This document shows, piece by piece, positions 1 through 12,453 of a stretch of 64,000 nucleotides of DNA (within the stretch, counting starts at the first letter, position 1; every line of letters starts with the position of its first letter). The notes under the pieces are model-generated. The model did not search any database and was not told where the DNA came from. It saw only the letters and a program-made list of their open reading frames with translations. The stretch covers positions 43,152,001 through 43,216,000 of the forward strand of contig OZ024752.1 in the NCBI GenBank assembly GCA_964016885.1, given 5' to 3'. Both the position numbers and the translations under genes were made by a program. Source of the DNA: Eledone cirrhosa. Lineage: Eukaryota.

Positions 1-67
1 GCATATGGTCTTTAAAGCGATGAAATACCAATGATGGTTGGAAGTCACTGATGAAGGACTAACTTTA

Positions 68-97
<30 letters not shown>

Positions 98-102
<5 letters not shown>

Positions 103-410
103 CCAAAGATTAGTATGTTTCGTTGATTACTCAATGAATACAATTTTACAATAGATTAGAAGCACTCAACAATAAAAGTTTACCTGGAGTTTTTAATATT
201 ATTCAAAATATTAACAAATGAAAAATATTCTCACTATCAAAATATATACTTTATTATATATATTTCAGTACTGTGTTGTTGTTTTTTCAGTACGTCCTCA
301 TCAGACAAAATATATTTTGCCTGATGTACACAGTACCTCTGAAATATATATAATAAAGTATATATTTTGATAATGAGAATATTTTTCCTTTGTTAATATT
401 TTGAATAATA
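98..410. mobile_element. Fold-back, hammerhead-bearing element in (TA)n (probably Penelope-like terminal repeat remnant)
   Basis: About 198-275 is inverted at about 330-410; 98-212 recurs in reverse at about 36925-37035 and about 56310-56410. Confidence 0.55.
247..312 (-). ncRNA. Type I hammerhead ribozyme motif (more distant subfamily)
   Basis: TATTTTGT-CTGATGA (304-298); stem II GTACTG/CAGTAC with a bulged base; GAAA 266-263; T-ATAT-A-TA; stem I partner ATAAAGTA. Confidence 0.6.
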
Positions 411-427
411 TATATATATATATATAT

Positions 428-618
428 AGGAAAAGGTATGACCCTGGCGGCAGAGCTCAAGCCGTTTCGACGGCTATTTCTGGACTGAAATAGCCGTCGA
501 AACGGCTTGAGCTCTGACGTCGGGGTCATACTTTTTCCTATTTCCCACCCTACTACCCTAAGTATTGAGTACTCTGGTGCGTTATGGTCCATCTGGTTCC
601 TTACCACAATTCCTTTGT

Positions 619-620
<2 letters not shown>
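428..620. mobile_element. Second (TA)n-embedded fold-back family (agtattgagtact...ttatggtcca core)
   Basis: Roughly 52-bp-arm palindrome 428-539; related copies at about 4766-4895, 4910-5000, 8070-8215 (reverse) and 37065-37260. Confidence 0.65.
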
Positions 621-693
<73 letters not shown>

Positions 694-734
694 ATTTATA
701 TATATGTATATATATGTGTGTGTGTGTGTGTGTA

Positions 735-837
<103 letters not shown>

Positions 838-1214
838 ACTTTTTCAAAGTTAGATTTGGGAGATTCCTAGCAGAGTTGTCCAAAGTAAGCCTGAATCTCG
901 CCATCACCGGTGTTTCAACTGATAGGAAAATATTGGTTGTGTCCGTTATATACTTATTAAGTAGACAGACAGATAAATAGACGGTGTTATGCAATAATAC
1001 ATGGTGTGGTAAATGAGAAACAATCGTTTGGAAAGAGAGATATATTTTAACTTTAATTATATCTCATAAAATAATACAACTGGCTTTTCCACATAATACA
1101 TATTGTTAGCACCCCAAACACTTAAATTGGGTTTATATTAAAATATAACCTAATATTTGTAGAGTGAGATGGTTACCAGTCAGAGATTAGCTTTAAACGA
1201 TCTCTGTTATTGTA

Positions 1215-1254
<40 letters not shown>

Positions 1255-1529
1255 CAGATCCGAACACAATGGAACCAAACTCCCACTGTCACTGCCTCCG
1301 TCTCTACCCATTATACGTAAATGGGGGGCCCACGCGGACAGAATATAGAAGGTTTTTTTTTTCCTCGGAGGATGGTGAGGGAGACAAGCTGGAAGATTCA
1401 TTCCAGCACATGAAGCTAACACCTGCGGGTAGCCAACTCTGTGCCGATGGTAGTGAGTAAGATTATGATCCTCTTTCCCACTTCCACTGCTGCTTCAAAG
1501 AAGAAGAAGAATTATTCTGCCAACTAATT

Positions 1530-1696
1530 CTGATTGGATTGCGTTGGTTATCTACCCCTTAGTTTGCTCTTTCTACACACGTTGTTTAGAAGGGTGTTCG
1601 CCAGGCGTCGCTGTTAGTATCTTCTCATTAGCGCAGTTTTAATGACTGACAACAACAGCAAACAGAAATTTGATATTTTATAAATCCTCTTCTAAG
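1530..1696 (+). promoter_or_regulatory. Candidate SKP1 promoter / non-coding first exon
   Basis: Non-repetitive, CpG-containing block with an inverted CCAAT (gattgg) and AAG|gttcgt donor; SKP1 needs an upstream exon. Confidence 0.35.
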
Positions 1697-2094
1697 GTTC
1701 GTTCTTTTTTCACCTGATTTTATTTTCATATAATATATATGTGTATATATATTATATACATTTGCTTTTATCTTCTCTCTTTCTGTGTTAAAAGTCAATT
1801 CAACGACTAATACTGTTTAATTTAAACTCGTTAACTACAGCTGTTTCTACATACACACACGTATATATATATAATGTATATATATATATAATGTATATAT
1901 ATAATATATATAATGTATATATATATATATATATAGTGGTGTAATGGAAGAATAAGCCCTCGGTATGTAAACATAGAGGAAATATATTTTTAAAATGTAT
2001 GCCATATAGTTTATAGTTTACTATATATAATATATATAAGATTAAAAAAATATTGTGTTCGGAGTTTTAGCTATATATATATTATATGTGCTTG

Positions 2095-2132
<38 letters not shown>

Positions 2133-2317
2133 TACTCGCATACATACATACATACATACGTGTGTGAGAGAGATAGTGCAAGCTAACCAGTAGCGAGAGA
2201 GGAGCAGTGTGATAGCTAATTTCGGACTCTGAAGTCGGGGATCAGTTTTCATTGCTGGACATTACTAAATCCAGTCCCTCATTTAAAGAGCAAATCAATG
2301 TATATCTATATAGATAG

Positions 2318-2352
<35 letters not shown>

Positions 2353-2758
2353 GTCATTACATGTATAGATATTTATATAGATAGATAGATATTTATACAT
2401 AAATATATATTTATATATATACAAGGCGACCGATATATTTCGGAATATGGCGTTGTTTTGATTTCTGTTATAACGAATTCATTCACCTTTTATTTCTCTC
2501 TATTTTTCGCTATTAATAGATTTTTTTCTGGTCTATATTTTGTGTTCTAATATTATTTTACGCCATAACCGAACCATATAAAGCTAGGTGTTTTGTTTAG
2601 TATCACCCATCAAACAGCAATTTAAACTCTTATATAATATTATATCTATTTATATATGAAAGAAAAGATTAAACTCAAACCTTTTCTCTGGCTAAAAAAA
2701 TATTTCCCAGATCCAAAGTATTTATTATTTAAATACTTTAACGGATTATCATACGAAG

Positions 2759-2790
<32 letters not shown>

Positions 2791-3288
2791 CTCAAACATA
2801 CCTAGATGTTTTATCCTAGAGAAGATAGAAACGATGTGTTGTGGCCTTGAAACCTATCCCAATGAAGTCTATTAAACAATTATGAAAGAATAATTGACAT
2901 TTTTCCAGTAGAAAATCGAACCCCAGTTCTGTATGTTAGTATCGATGATCGACAAATAATTTACCGCCACTTCTCAGTTGGGTTTGGGGTTGCTAGACTT
3001 AGAACACTTAAAATAAGTTGAATGGAGAGGGATGGGCATTAATGCCGTGAAACATCATCATCTCTCTCTCTGTTGCCTTCTGAATAAATATATAGATAGA
3101 TATATATATAATTGTTTCTATTTTTGGCACAAGGCCAGTAATTCCCACAGTGTATTACTGTTACTTTATTTTATCGACCCCGTAAGGATATAATTATATA
3201 TAAATATATTATCATTGAGAAAGGGATCACCTCAGATAATTAGATTTGTGTTTGCCTTTGTGCATGAACAACTTCGATAAAATCTTTA

Positions 3289-3359
<71 letters not shown>

Positions 3360-4688
3360 CTCGGGGTGTCCCAAAAGATGTATTCACACTTCAACAGCTT
3401 TCTAATAAAAGTGTGTATACATTTTAGGGAATACTTTCTATCTATATATATATAATAGCTGATTATGCAAGTGTGTATATATTATATCTATGTTGACCAC
3501 ATGTATGAATTATACGCATTATATAGTAAATATCTGAATATATATGAGTGTGTGTCATATATATATATATGTGTGTGTGTGTGTGTATATATTTATATAT
3601 ATATATGTGTGTGTGTGTGTATATATTTATATATATATGTGTGTGTGTGTATATATTTATATATATATATGAGTGTGAGTGTATATATTTATATATATAT
3701 ATATGAATGTGTGTGTCTATATATATATATATGTGTGTACATATTTACCTCAATACCATTTAAGTATAGGTACTACTACAAAATTAATATTTTTGACTTT
3801 TGTGGTGGTTTTTACAAAAATCACGTTTTATGGGGAATATTTCGTTCCTTTAATCACAAGACAATGAAAATATATTTTAGAAAAATCTAATAGCTAAAAT
3901 GTTTTAAAATTTAATTATTATTTGTTTTCAGAATTCGATATTTGCTCTTGTTTAGTTTCGAATTTCTTGTGTGTTCTGAGATTTCTTCAATCGATCTGTA
4001 TTCGATAGGATATTTTTACACCAATATATTACTGCTACTTAAGTGAGTTGTACCGTCTAAGTCTATTAATTTATATTTATAGGAAAAATAAGGAATGGAA
4101 TTTTTTATTTTTATTATTATTTAAAAGGCCGTTGAAATTATAATCTAAGTCATAAACCATCTCCAATGATAATTGGAGAGTTTTGAACGAATGGCATTTA
4201 TTTTACATAAAGTATGTGCGTGTCCACAACACTTAAACAGCAACCAATATAATAAATAACTAGGTTTGACATTTACAATTTAATATTTTAGTTTTATATT
4301 TATATTTTCCTTTGTTAATATTAGTTGGGTGGGGTCCTTTTCTCGAACGTTCGATCACACTTTTTTTCTTTTTCTTTCGTTCTCTAAGATTTGTTTGCAA
4401 CACTTAAAAAAAAAACTCTTTCGTTGCCATATTTCTAATAAAAGTCACAGGTTATGATTGTTCAAATAATATTAAAAATAAACAAAAATTCAAAAATGTT
4501 GTTAGTTTTAGTTAGTAATGAAAGTAACTTTCTCCTTATAGTGTTTGAAAGATCATAGCTTAAAGGTTCTTAATTAGAATTATGATGGAAAGGCTTTTAG
4601 ATTTTTTTTTTTTTATTGCGCCATTCTTTGGCAATACTGAATTCTCTCCTCTTGGCGGAAGGAAAAATACATGCTTTCTTTCTTTTAA

Positions 4689-4731
<43 letters not shown>

Positions 4732-5291
4732 TGTAATATATATTTATATATATATATATATATATAGGAACAAGTAAGACCCCGACGGCTAATTCAGTCC
4801 AGAATTACTTGTTCCTATTACCCACTCTACTACCCTAAGTATTGAGTACTTTGGTGCGTTATGGTCCACTTGGTTCCTTACCACATTTCCTTCGTTATAT
4901 ATATATATATAGGAAAAGAGTCGGACCCACTCTAGTACCCTAAGTATCAAGCACTCTGTTACGTTATGGTCCATCTGGTTTCTTACTACACTTTCATTGT
5001 TTTATATATATATATATATATCATCATCATCGTTTAACGTCTATCTTCCACGTTAGCATGGGTTAGACGAGTATTGTCCCACTTGAAGCAGGGTTGGTCG
5101 AGTGATCGTGTCTCGCTCGTATAGGGCTGTCTGGCAGGCTTTCTACGGCTGGATGCCCTTCCTAACACCAACCACATTTACAGTGTGGAATATATATATC
5201 AGTATGTATCGGTGTATATATATATGTCAGTGTGTATATATATATATAATAATTGCCTTATGTTGTTTATTACATAACTATATATATATAT

Positions 5292-5322
<31 letters not shown>

Positions 5323-5942
5323 AGTGTGTGTGTGTGTGTTTGCTTGAAGCATTGTTGAATAGGAAACACAGATTTAAATAATTTTGAAAACCATACAATG
5401 CATTAGAAAATTAAAATTACTAAGTTAACAATAGAATCTTACCTTAACAAATTTAATAATCCTTGATAATGGGGGGGGGGGGGCGTTCAATCCATAGGAT
5501 TCTGTTATGTTTTTATAGACAGCGGCCATGTTAGGACACCCCTTCAATGGATTTCAGTTGATCATGTTGTTTATATTGATCTTCCGTCGAACCGCCAAGT
5601 TCTAAATGCCTAATGTCTGTTACGAGCCCAGACGCTCGTTAGGCCGTTGCTTATCCTGGTTTCCGTAGCGTGAAGCAGCTGAGGGCACAAGACTCCATCC
5701 TGGACAGGACACCAGTCCGTCCCAGAGTAGCCCCCCCCCCCCTCCCAGCTATTACCCTGTACTCATTTTCAGCTCAGTATACTGGAGCAATGGGAAATAA
5801 AGTGTTTTGCTCAAGAACACAACACACAACCCAGTCCAGGAATCAAAGCCACAACATTATGATCGTAAGTCCATTAGATGACACAAAGTTACAGGACATA
5901 AACTAACAGCACCTGTTAAACATGAACAGAGGAGGGTTGCAT

Positions 5943-6024
<82 letters not shown>

Positions 6025-6344
6025 GATAGGCTTCTACAGTTCCCATCTTCCAAATTTCATTTGCACAGCATTAATTAACCCAGGGCTATAGTGCCAAGGG
6101 TTAGGGGTGGGATCAAACTGAAAACCTGCAATTACAAGACATACTTCTTATTCACATAGCCTTGCCTTTTTCATTTCTATTTCATCTGATCGACATAGTT
6201 TCACTGGGTTTCATTGATCAAGTTGGCTAGATCAATATCTGAAGTAGTACAAAATATTCAATATGTAGTGGATTTTGTGAGAAAGTAGTCTAAAATGAAA
6301 AATTTAATGTACATATATATGTGTGTATCTAATTTCTCATTCTT

Positions 6345-6380
6345 TCTTCTGATTAAGGACAAGCGTCCGAAACGTTAAGA
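6345..6380 (+). ncRNA. Degenerate minimal hammerhead (Penelope-type)
   Basis: TCTT-CTGATTA-A-GGAC-AAGC-GTCC-GAAAC-GTT-AAGA: all stems pair but core G8 is T, so probably inactive. Confidence 0.45.
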
Positions 6381-6793
6381 CCCTCTTCCAGCTATTTCCA
6401 ACGTTAACTTAATATAATCCTTCCATATACTCTACCGATTGTGTTGTTATTTCTGTTCACCGTTTAATGTCCATTTTTCCACGCTGGCATGATGAGTTTT
6501 CTCATTGTGAGACAAACCTGATCGGATGACCATGTCTTGCTCATACAGAACTGATTTTGGCTTGGTTTCTACGTTTGGATGCCCTTCCTAACACCAACCA
6601 TATTTATAGTGTGTATTTGGCGATTTTTATCATGCCACCAAAATGACCAATTTAGAGTATGGGCTGAGTGCTTTTTCTCATGACACACGACCACCTTACA
6701 CTGTGGGCTGAGTGCTTTTTTTCTCATGACACCTAACAACCACTTTGATAAAGTAGTTTGAGAGTTGGATTCACAATCATGAGGTTGCAAAAT

Positions 6794-6839
<46 letters not shown>

Positions 6840-7471
6840 TAGGCCCCTCCAAACCAAACATACACCCCAACCCACTCCCACCAACACCACCCTTTCTCTA
6901 TAAAGTTACGTTGGTACCACAACATCCAGTCCAAACTAAAGAGATTGTGTAGGTGTCACGACAAAAAAACACAGTCAACGCTGTAATGTGTTCGTGTAGG
7001 TAACACAGTAAAAAGTCCCAGTTCACACCTCCCATCTAACCCATGCTAGCGTGGAGGATAGACGTTAAACGGTGATGATGGTGATGATGATGATGCACAT
7101 AAGGATTGCCTAAAGGTCACGTCTAAAGTTACACAATTGATAATTTAATATGACATTCAATATAATTGTTACTTTTAAAAATTAAACTTTTAAAGTAACA
7201 TGCAACCTAAATAGAAAAATGTAGCATAATCTGTTACTTTTAGCCCAGACTGGTATCCCTGTATTTAGTTTTATTGATCCTCAGTATAGCACTGGTACTT
7301 TATTATATCAACCTTAGAAAGATGACTGATGGGGTTAACTCGACCTACCGTCCTGATATCAGTAAATAATGAACTATTCCCAATCGTGTAGACTTGTATC
7401 TTAAGAATCAATATTTTAAATATTTATTGATTTACGGTATATATTGTTGTTATACTAATATGTTTATTATT

Positions 7472-7812
7472 AAGCAAGTTATACCAGTTTTTTTGAATAG
7501 GTACATTGTGTCAGGGGATGTTGAAAGGGGTTAATAAAATGGTTTAAACAAGTTGTCCCAGTTTTTTTGAATAGGTACATTGTGTCGGGGCATGTTGTAA
7601 GGATTTAAACAAGTTATCCCGTTTTTTTTGAATAGGTACATTGTGTCAGGTGATGTTGAAAGGGGTTAATAAAAGGGTTTAAACAAGTTGTCCCAGTTTT
7701 ATGAATAGGTACATTGTGTCGGGGCAGGTTGTAAGGATTTAAACAAGTTGTCCCAGTTTTTTTAATAGGTACATTGTGTCAGGGCATGTTGAAAGGAGTT
7801 ACTAAAAGGGTT
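7472..7812. repeat. Minisatellite with alternating long and short units (5 units of about 62-74 bp)
   Basis: Recurring caagttgtcccagtttttttgaataggtacattgtgtc. Confidence 0.9.
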
Positions 7813-8693
7813 GGTGTCAGGATAGGTATCTGGCCCTCACATTGCTCCAGTTTACTCAGCTGTAGAAATGAGATGATAGGGACTGGGGTCCCTATCATTC
7901 CACTGCAAAGTGGTCGTGGAGGTGCCACGGCAAAAAAGCACCCAGCACTTTAAATGAGGTTGGTGTTAGGAAGGGCATCCAGCTGTAGAAATCAAGCCAG
8001 AATCAGTTCCCATCCCACTCTTGCAAGCAGGAAAAAGCAGACGTAAAATGATGATGATATTTATAATCAGATAGGGTGTGGTAAAAACCAGCTAGACCAT
8101 CACCCACCAGAGTACTCGATACTTGGAGTAGTAGAATGGGTAATATGAAAAAATTTGGTTCGGGTCTAGCTGTCGAAATGGCTGGAGCTCAGCCGTCGTG
8201 GTCCTGAATCTTTTCATATATATATGTGTGTGTGGGCATTCAAACATTAACTAAATAAGTACTCAAGACATGTGCACAGAATATGGCAATGACTTTGACA
8301 TTTCTGTGTTAATACTTCTTCAAACTGCCTCCAGCCTGAAGAAGGGGGCATCAATGCCAAAATTTCAAACTCATTACCTTTTTTTTTTTTTTTTTTTTTT
8401 TTAGGAACAAATATATATAATTGTTTCTACTTTTGGCACAAGGCCAGCAATTACCCAGTACATTACTGGTACTTTATTTTATCGGCCCCGTAAGGGTGAA
8501 AAGCAAAGTCAACCTCGGCGGGATTTATATATATAATAATGATTAATAAGAAAGATGGTTTCATTTGTACATCCCTATTGAAACCGTCTTTCTTGTTTAT
8601 TATAATAATAAAACTCCAGATGAACAAAAGCTGCAGAGTGCTTTACATCTGTTAAGAAAAAGTTGGCAGATTTTCAATCAACCGACTTTCTTC

Positions 8694-8748
<55 letters not shown>

Positions 8749-8778
8749 CATGAGTTTGGACAGGTTGTCACAGCCCAT

Positions 8779-8809
<31 letters not shown>

Positions 8810-9000
8810 CATCAGCACTACCACTTTACTGAATGTACTGGGTGTATTTTGTGGCACTGACAATATCACATTACAGGATGAAATTGGGGGGCTATTTGTT
8901 TTTTCATAGCGCCCACACTAGAGAGGTTGTCGCATGCTAAATAGATGTTTGTGTTGTTGTATTCTAATTATTTCATTTTTCTAAAAAAAATTTCCATTAG

Positions 9001-9150
<150 letters not shown>

Positions 9151-9287
9151 TGAAAAATAGTCTGAAATGTGTGTGTTTAACCTTGTAACAGACATTTTAG
9201 TACATGGTTGTGGTTTGAAAATTCAGTCAAAAGCTCTTCTATGCTGTTTCATTTCCATTTGGTGTCCCTGTCTGCTGATTATCCTCT

Positions 9288-9772
9288 CATTAAAACACCT
9301 GTAGGAGGCCAGCTAAACCTATATAGGTGTGAGCTATAACATGATATGACCACATACCCTGTCATTAACCCTTTAGCATTTACATTACTCTACATATATG
9401 GTTGTATTTTCACAGTAAAGGCTTTAACTTACATAAGGTCGAAGCTACGAGATTTTGATATTATATATTTTGAGAACAATGTCTTAACATAAGTATAAGC
9501 AGCCAGTTATGGCCAGTTTGAACAGAAAGAGGTGAGAGAATTCTGGCCAGTTTAACTGGTAAAGGATTAAAATACCTGCAGGAGGCCAGCTAAACTAACA
9601 TAGGTGTGAGCTATAACATGATATGACCTTGTCCCCTGTCATTAAAATACCTGTAGGAGGCCAGCTAAACTAAGATAGGTGTGAGGTATAACATGATATG
9701 ACCATGTCCCCTGTCATTAAAACACCTGTAGGGGCCCAGCTAAACCTATATAGGTGTGAGCTGTTATGTAAC
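9288..9772. repeat. About 73-bp tandem repeat (4 units) interrupted by a MITE
   Basis: Recurring cattaaaacacctgtaggaggccagctaaacctatataggtgtgagctataacat. Confidence 0.85.
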
Positions 9773-9793
9773 ATTTCCTTTTTATTTTGCCAG

Positions 9794-10008
9794 ATCTCGG
9801 TGTTGATGATGAAGATGAAGAGGCTGTGCCACTGCCCAATGTAAATGCTGCCATTCTGAAGAAAGTGATCCAGTGGTGCACATACCACCGAGATGATCCT
9901 CCACCACCTGAGGATGATGAGAACAAAGAAAAGAGGACAGATGACATTTGTTCCTGGGATACAGAGTTTTTGAAAGTAGACCAGGGAACTCTGTTTGAAC
10001 TGATTTTG
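9794..10008 (+). CDS. SKP1: SKP1 coding exon 2 of 4 ([29 protein letters not shown]...[11 protein letters not shown])
   Basis: cag acceptor 9791-9793, gtaag donor at 10009; SKP1 BTB/POZ motifs; frame joins exon 1. Confidence 0.97.
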
Positions 10009-11347
10009 GTAAGTTTGGTCTTATTCGAAGTTTTTATACCCTCTACAGCAGCAGATCTCAATGTCTACAAATGTAGTACCGGTGTGTGGGCTCAGTGAGC
10101 TAAGTTCAAAATTTCAAGTCTTAACCCCTTAATCTCTATAAACATCACATCTCTTACTCTTTACCCACCATATACCCATAACACCATACTCATTATCCCT
10201 GTTACCACTGAGTAGAGAGAGCTCTTCTGTTGCGTAAATAACCAACAACTTCTTTAGTACTGATGCCATGCAGAGTACACCCTTTAGAGATCATGCTGAA
10301 AAATAGTTGATAGGAACTACCCCCACTAGGCTTAACAGAGCATGGTGTTAGTGTGCATGAATAACTGGGTATAAGAGGAATCAGATGTAGTGTGCAAGGC
10401 AAAATTCTGCTGTTTTTTTTTATATTTAATGCATGTGGATAAGGAATGGTAGGTGAAGAAATGCCAGTGGAAGGCAGCTACAATAGAAGAAAACTGGGAA
10501 AGATCTGGGGTGGCTAGGGCTGATCTAAAAAAACTGAAGTTCACAGAGATGATGATGAAGGAACACTGCTTGTGGGCAGAGACTGCTGAAGAGGACCCAT
10601 CCAGCCCATATAAAAACACAAAATGATGTTAATTTTTATGTCTGGTCCCTCAGGCTGTCACTGTCCCATTTATTCTCTTCATAATATTGAGTACTTTGTT
10701 AAAAACTTAATATACACATTATTGGGTATCCATTCTTCTTTATCTATATATAAATTTCTGCGATTCTGTCACAACACGTAAAGAGAGAGGAGTAGTTTGA
10801 CTACCTCATACTACTCCTCTCTCTTTACGTATGCATGTGTAAAAGGAAGGGAGGGGATGGTGAAAAAACTACAGCAAAACCATGGTTGGCGTTCTATTTG
10901 CAATGCTGTGTGTACGTGTATGTTTGTGTGAGTGTGTATTTTTGTACAAAAAACACCCAGCAGGCACTGTAAAAGTGGTTGGTGCTAGGAAAGGCATCCA
11001 GCCAGAAACAGTTCTATATGGACGAGACACTGTCACCGACCCAACTTAGCTCTAAATGGGATAAACCCGTCTATCTCTTGCTAGCGTGGAAGATGGACAT
11101 TAAACGATGATGATGATGATACTCATACATATAAATGTATGTATATGCACACACATATATACACATAATGCATCAGCGTGTTGAAAAAAAATTCTTGTTT
11201 TTAAATATTTGCCACTTTTGATTATTATAGTGGGTCTGTGTTTTATGGCAGAATCCTGTTACCGTTAGTCTGATAAGGAACTCTACCACTAATGTTATTT
11301 ACTGGTATATAATTGTTATGGTTTATTTACCTTTGTCGTTGCTACAG

Positions 11348-11488
11348 GCTGCTAATTACCTGGATATCAAGGGACTGCTTGATGTTACCTGTAAAACAGT
11401 GGCTAACATGATCAAAGGCAAAGCTCCTGATGAGATACGCAAGACGTTTAACATAAAGAACGATTTCACTCCTGCAGAAGAAGAACAG
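11348..11488 (+). CDS. SKP1: SKP1 coding exon 3 of 4 ([47 protein letters not shown])
   Basis: 141 nt, phase 0-0, AG/GT boundaries; F-box-binding region of SKP1. Confidence 0.97.
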
Positions 11489-11775
11489 GTACCAGTAATT
11501 TTGTCATTGATAATTATGTATTGTCACCTTATTTTCACCCCTGCAGAAGAAGAATAGGTAGCGCTAATTTTGTCATTAATACTTATGTGTTGTCACCTTA
11601 TTTTCACCCCTGCAGAAGAAGAATAGGTAGCGCTAATTTTGTCATTAATACTTATGTGTTGTCACCTTATTTTCACCCCTGCAGAAGAAGAATAGGTAGC
11701 GCTAATTTTGTCATTAATACTTATGTGTAGTCACCTTCTTTTCACCCCTGCAAAAGAGGAACAGGTATCAGTAGT
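11464..11775 (+). repeat. 69-bp tandem repeat derived from the SKP1 exon 3/intron junction (5 units)
   Basis: Units begin at about 11463, 11532, 11601, 11670, 11739. Confidence 0.92.
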
Positions 11776-12054
11776 ATTGTTGTTAATATTTATATACGTT
11801 TACACCTGTCTTTCACATCTATTTAATCTCTGTAGAATTCAGCATTCTGTAATCAGAAGGGAGGTCGGTGTGAGATAATTATGTAAAGTAAAGCCTTTAC
11901 CGTGGAAATATAATAGTTAATATAGAGTAATGTTAAAGGGTTAATCTAAAGCAGATACACGGGTATACTGTTTACTTATTTTAAACAAAATACACATAGC
12001 AAATGTTTCTAGTCAATTATCTCGTCCAACAAATCAACGGCTTGTTGGTTAGGA

Positions 12055-12204
12055 CAGGCATGTCAAACGCAGCTCTTTACAAGCATACCTGCGGCCCGTA
12101 CAAAGGTTTTTACAGCGCGAGCCTGTTTTATCTTCGTAATATAAAATTTTAAAAATTGTTGTAATGTGCGTGGCCCTCGGGTGACCCTCAGTTTGACATG
12201 CCTG
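12055..12204. mobile_element. hAT-type MITE
   Basis: TIR CAGGCATGTCAAAC; perfect 8-bp target-site duplication GGTTAGGA. Confidence 0.9.
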
Positions 12205-12417
12205 GGTTAGGATGTTAGATGGGTTAGCTCCTGAACCAGGTGGCTTTTGGTCTTTAACAAAACCTTTCATTTCATGTTAGGAGCTGAGCCCTTGGAATTA
12301 AAACAGCTAAGAAACCTCTGAGATTCAACCTTTATAGTGATGTACCTGTAATGTTATGTTGTTTTTATTTTGTTTTTGTTTTCTGCTGTTGACTTTTTAT
12401 TTGTTTATTTATTCCAG

Positions 12418-12453
12418 GTGCGGAAGGAGAATGAATGGTGTGAAGAGAAATAA
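12418..12453 (+). CDS. SKP1: SKP1 coding exon 4 of 4 (VRKENEWCEEK-stop); full protein 162 aa
   Basis: Long T-rich tract plus cag acceptor; canonical SKP1 C-terminus; TAA at 12451-12453. Confidence 0.97.
   Translation: MRKENEWCEEK

Noticed and set aside
40-70. CTGATGAAGG near the window start
   Set aside because: Runs into (TA)n with no downstream GAAA or stems.
1269-1460. 63-aa ORF followed by a gtgagt-like donor
   Set aside because: No recognisable motif or joinable exon; cannot be supported.
3932-4042. Possible extra SKP1 5'UTR exon (ttttcag...aa|gtgagt)
   Set aside because: Only splice-like signals support it; needs transcript data.
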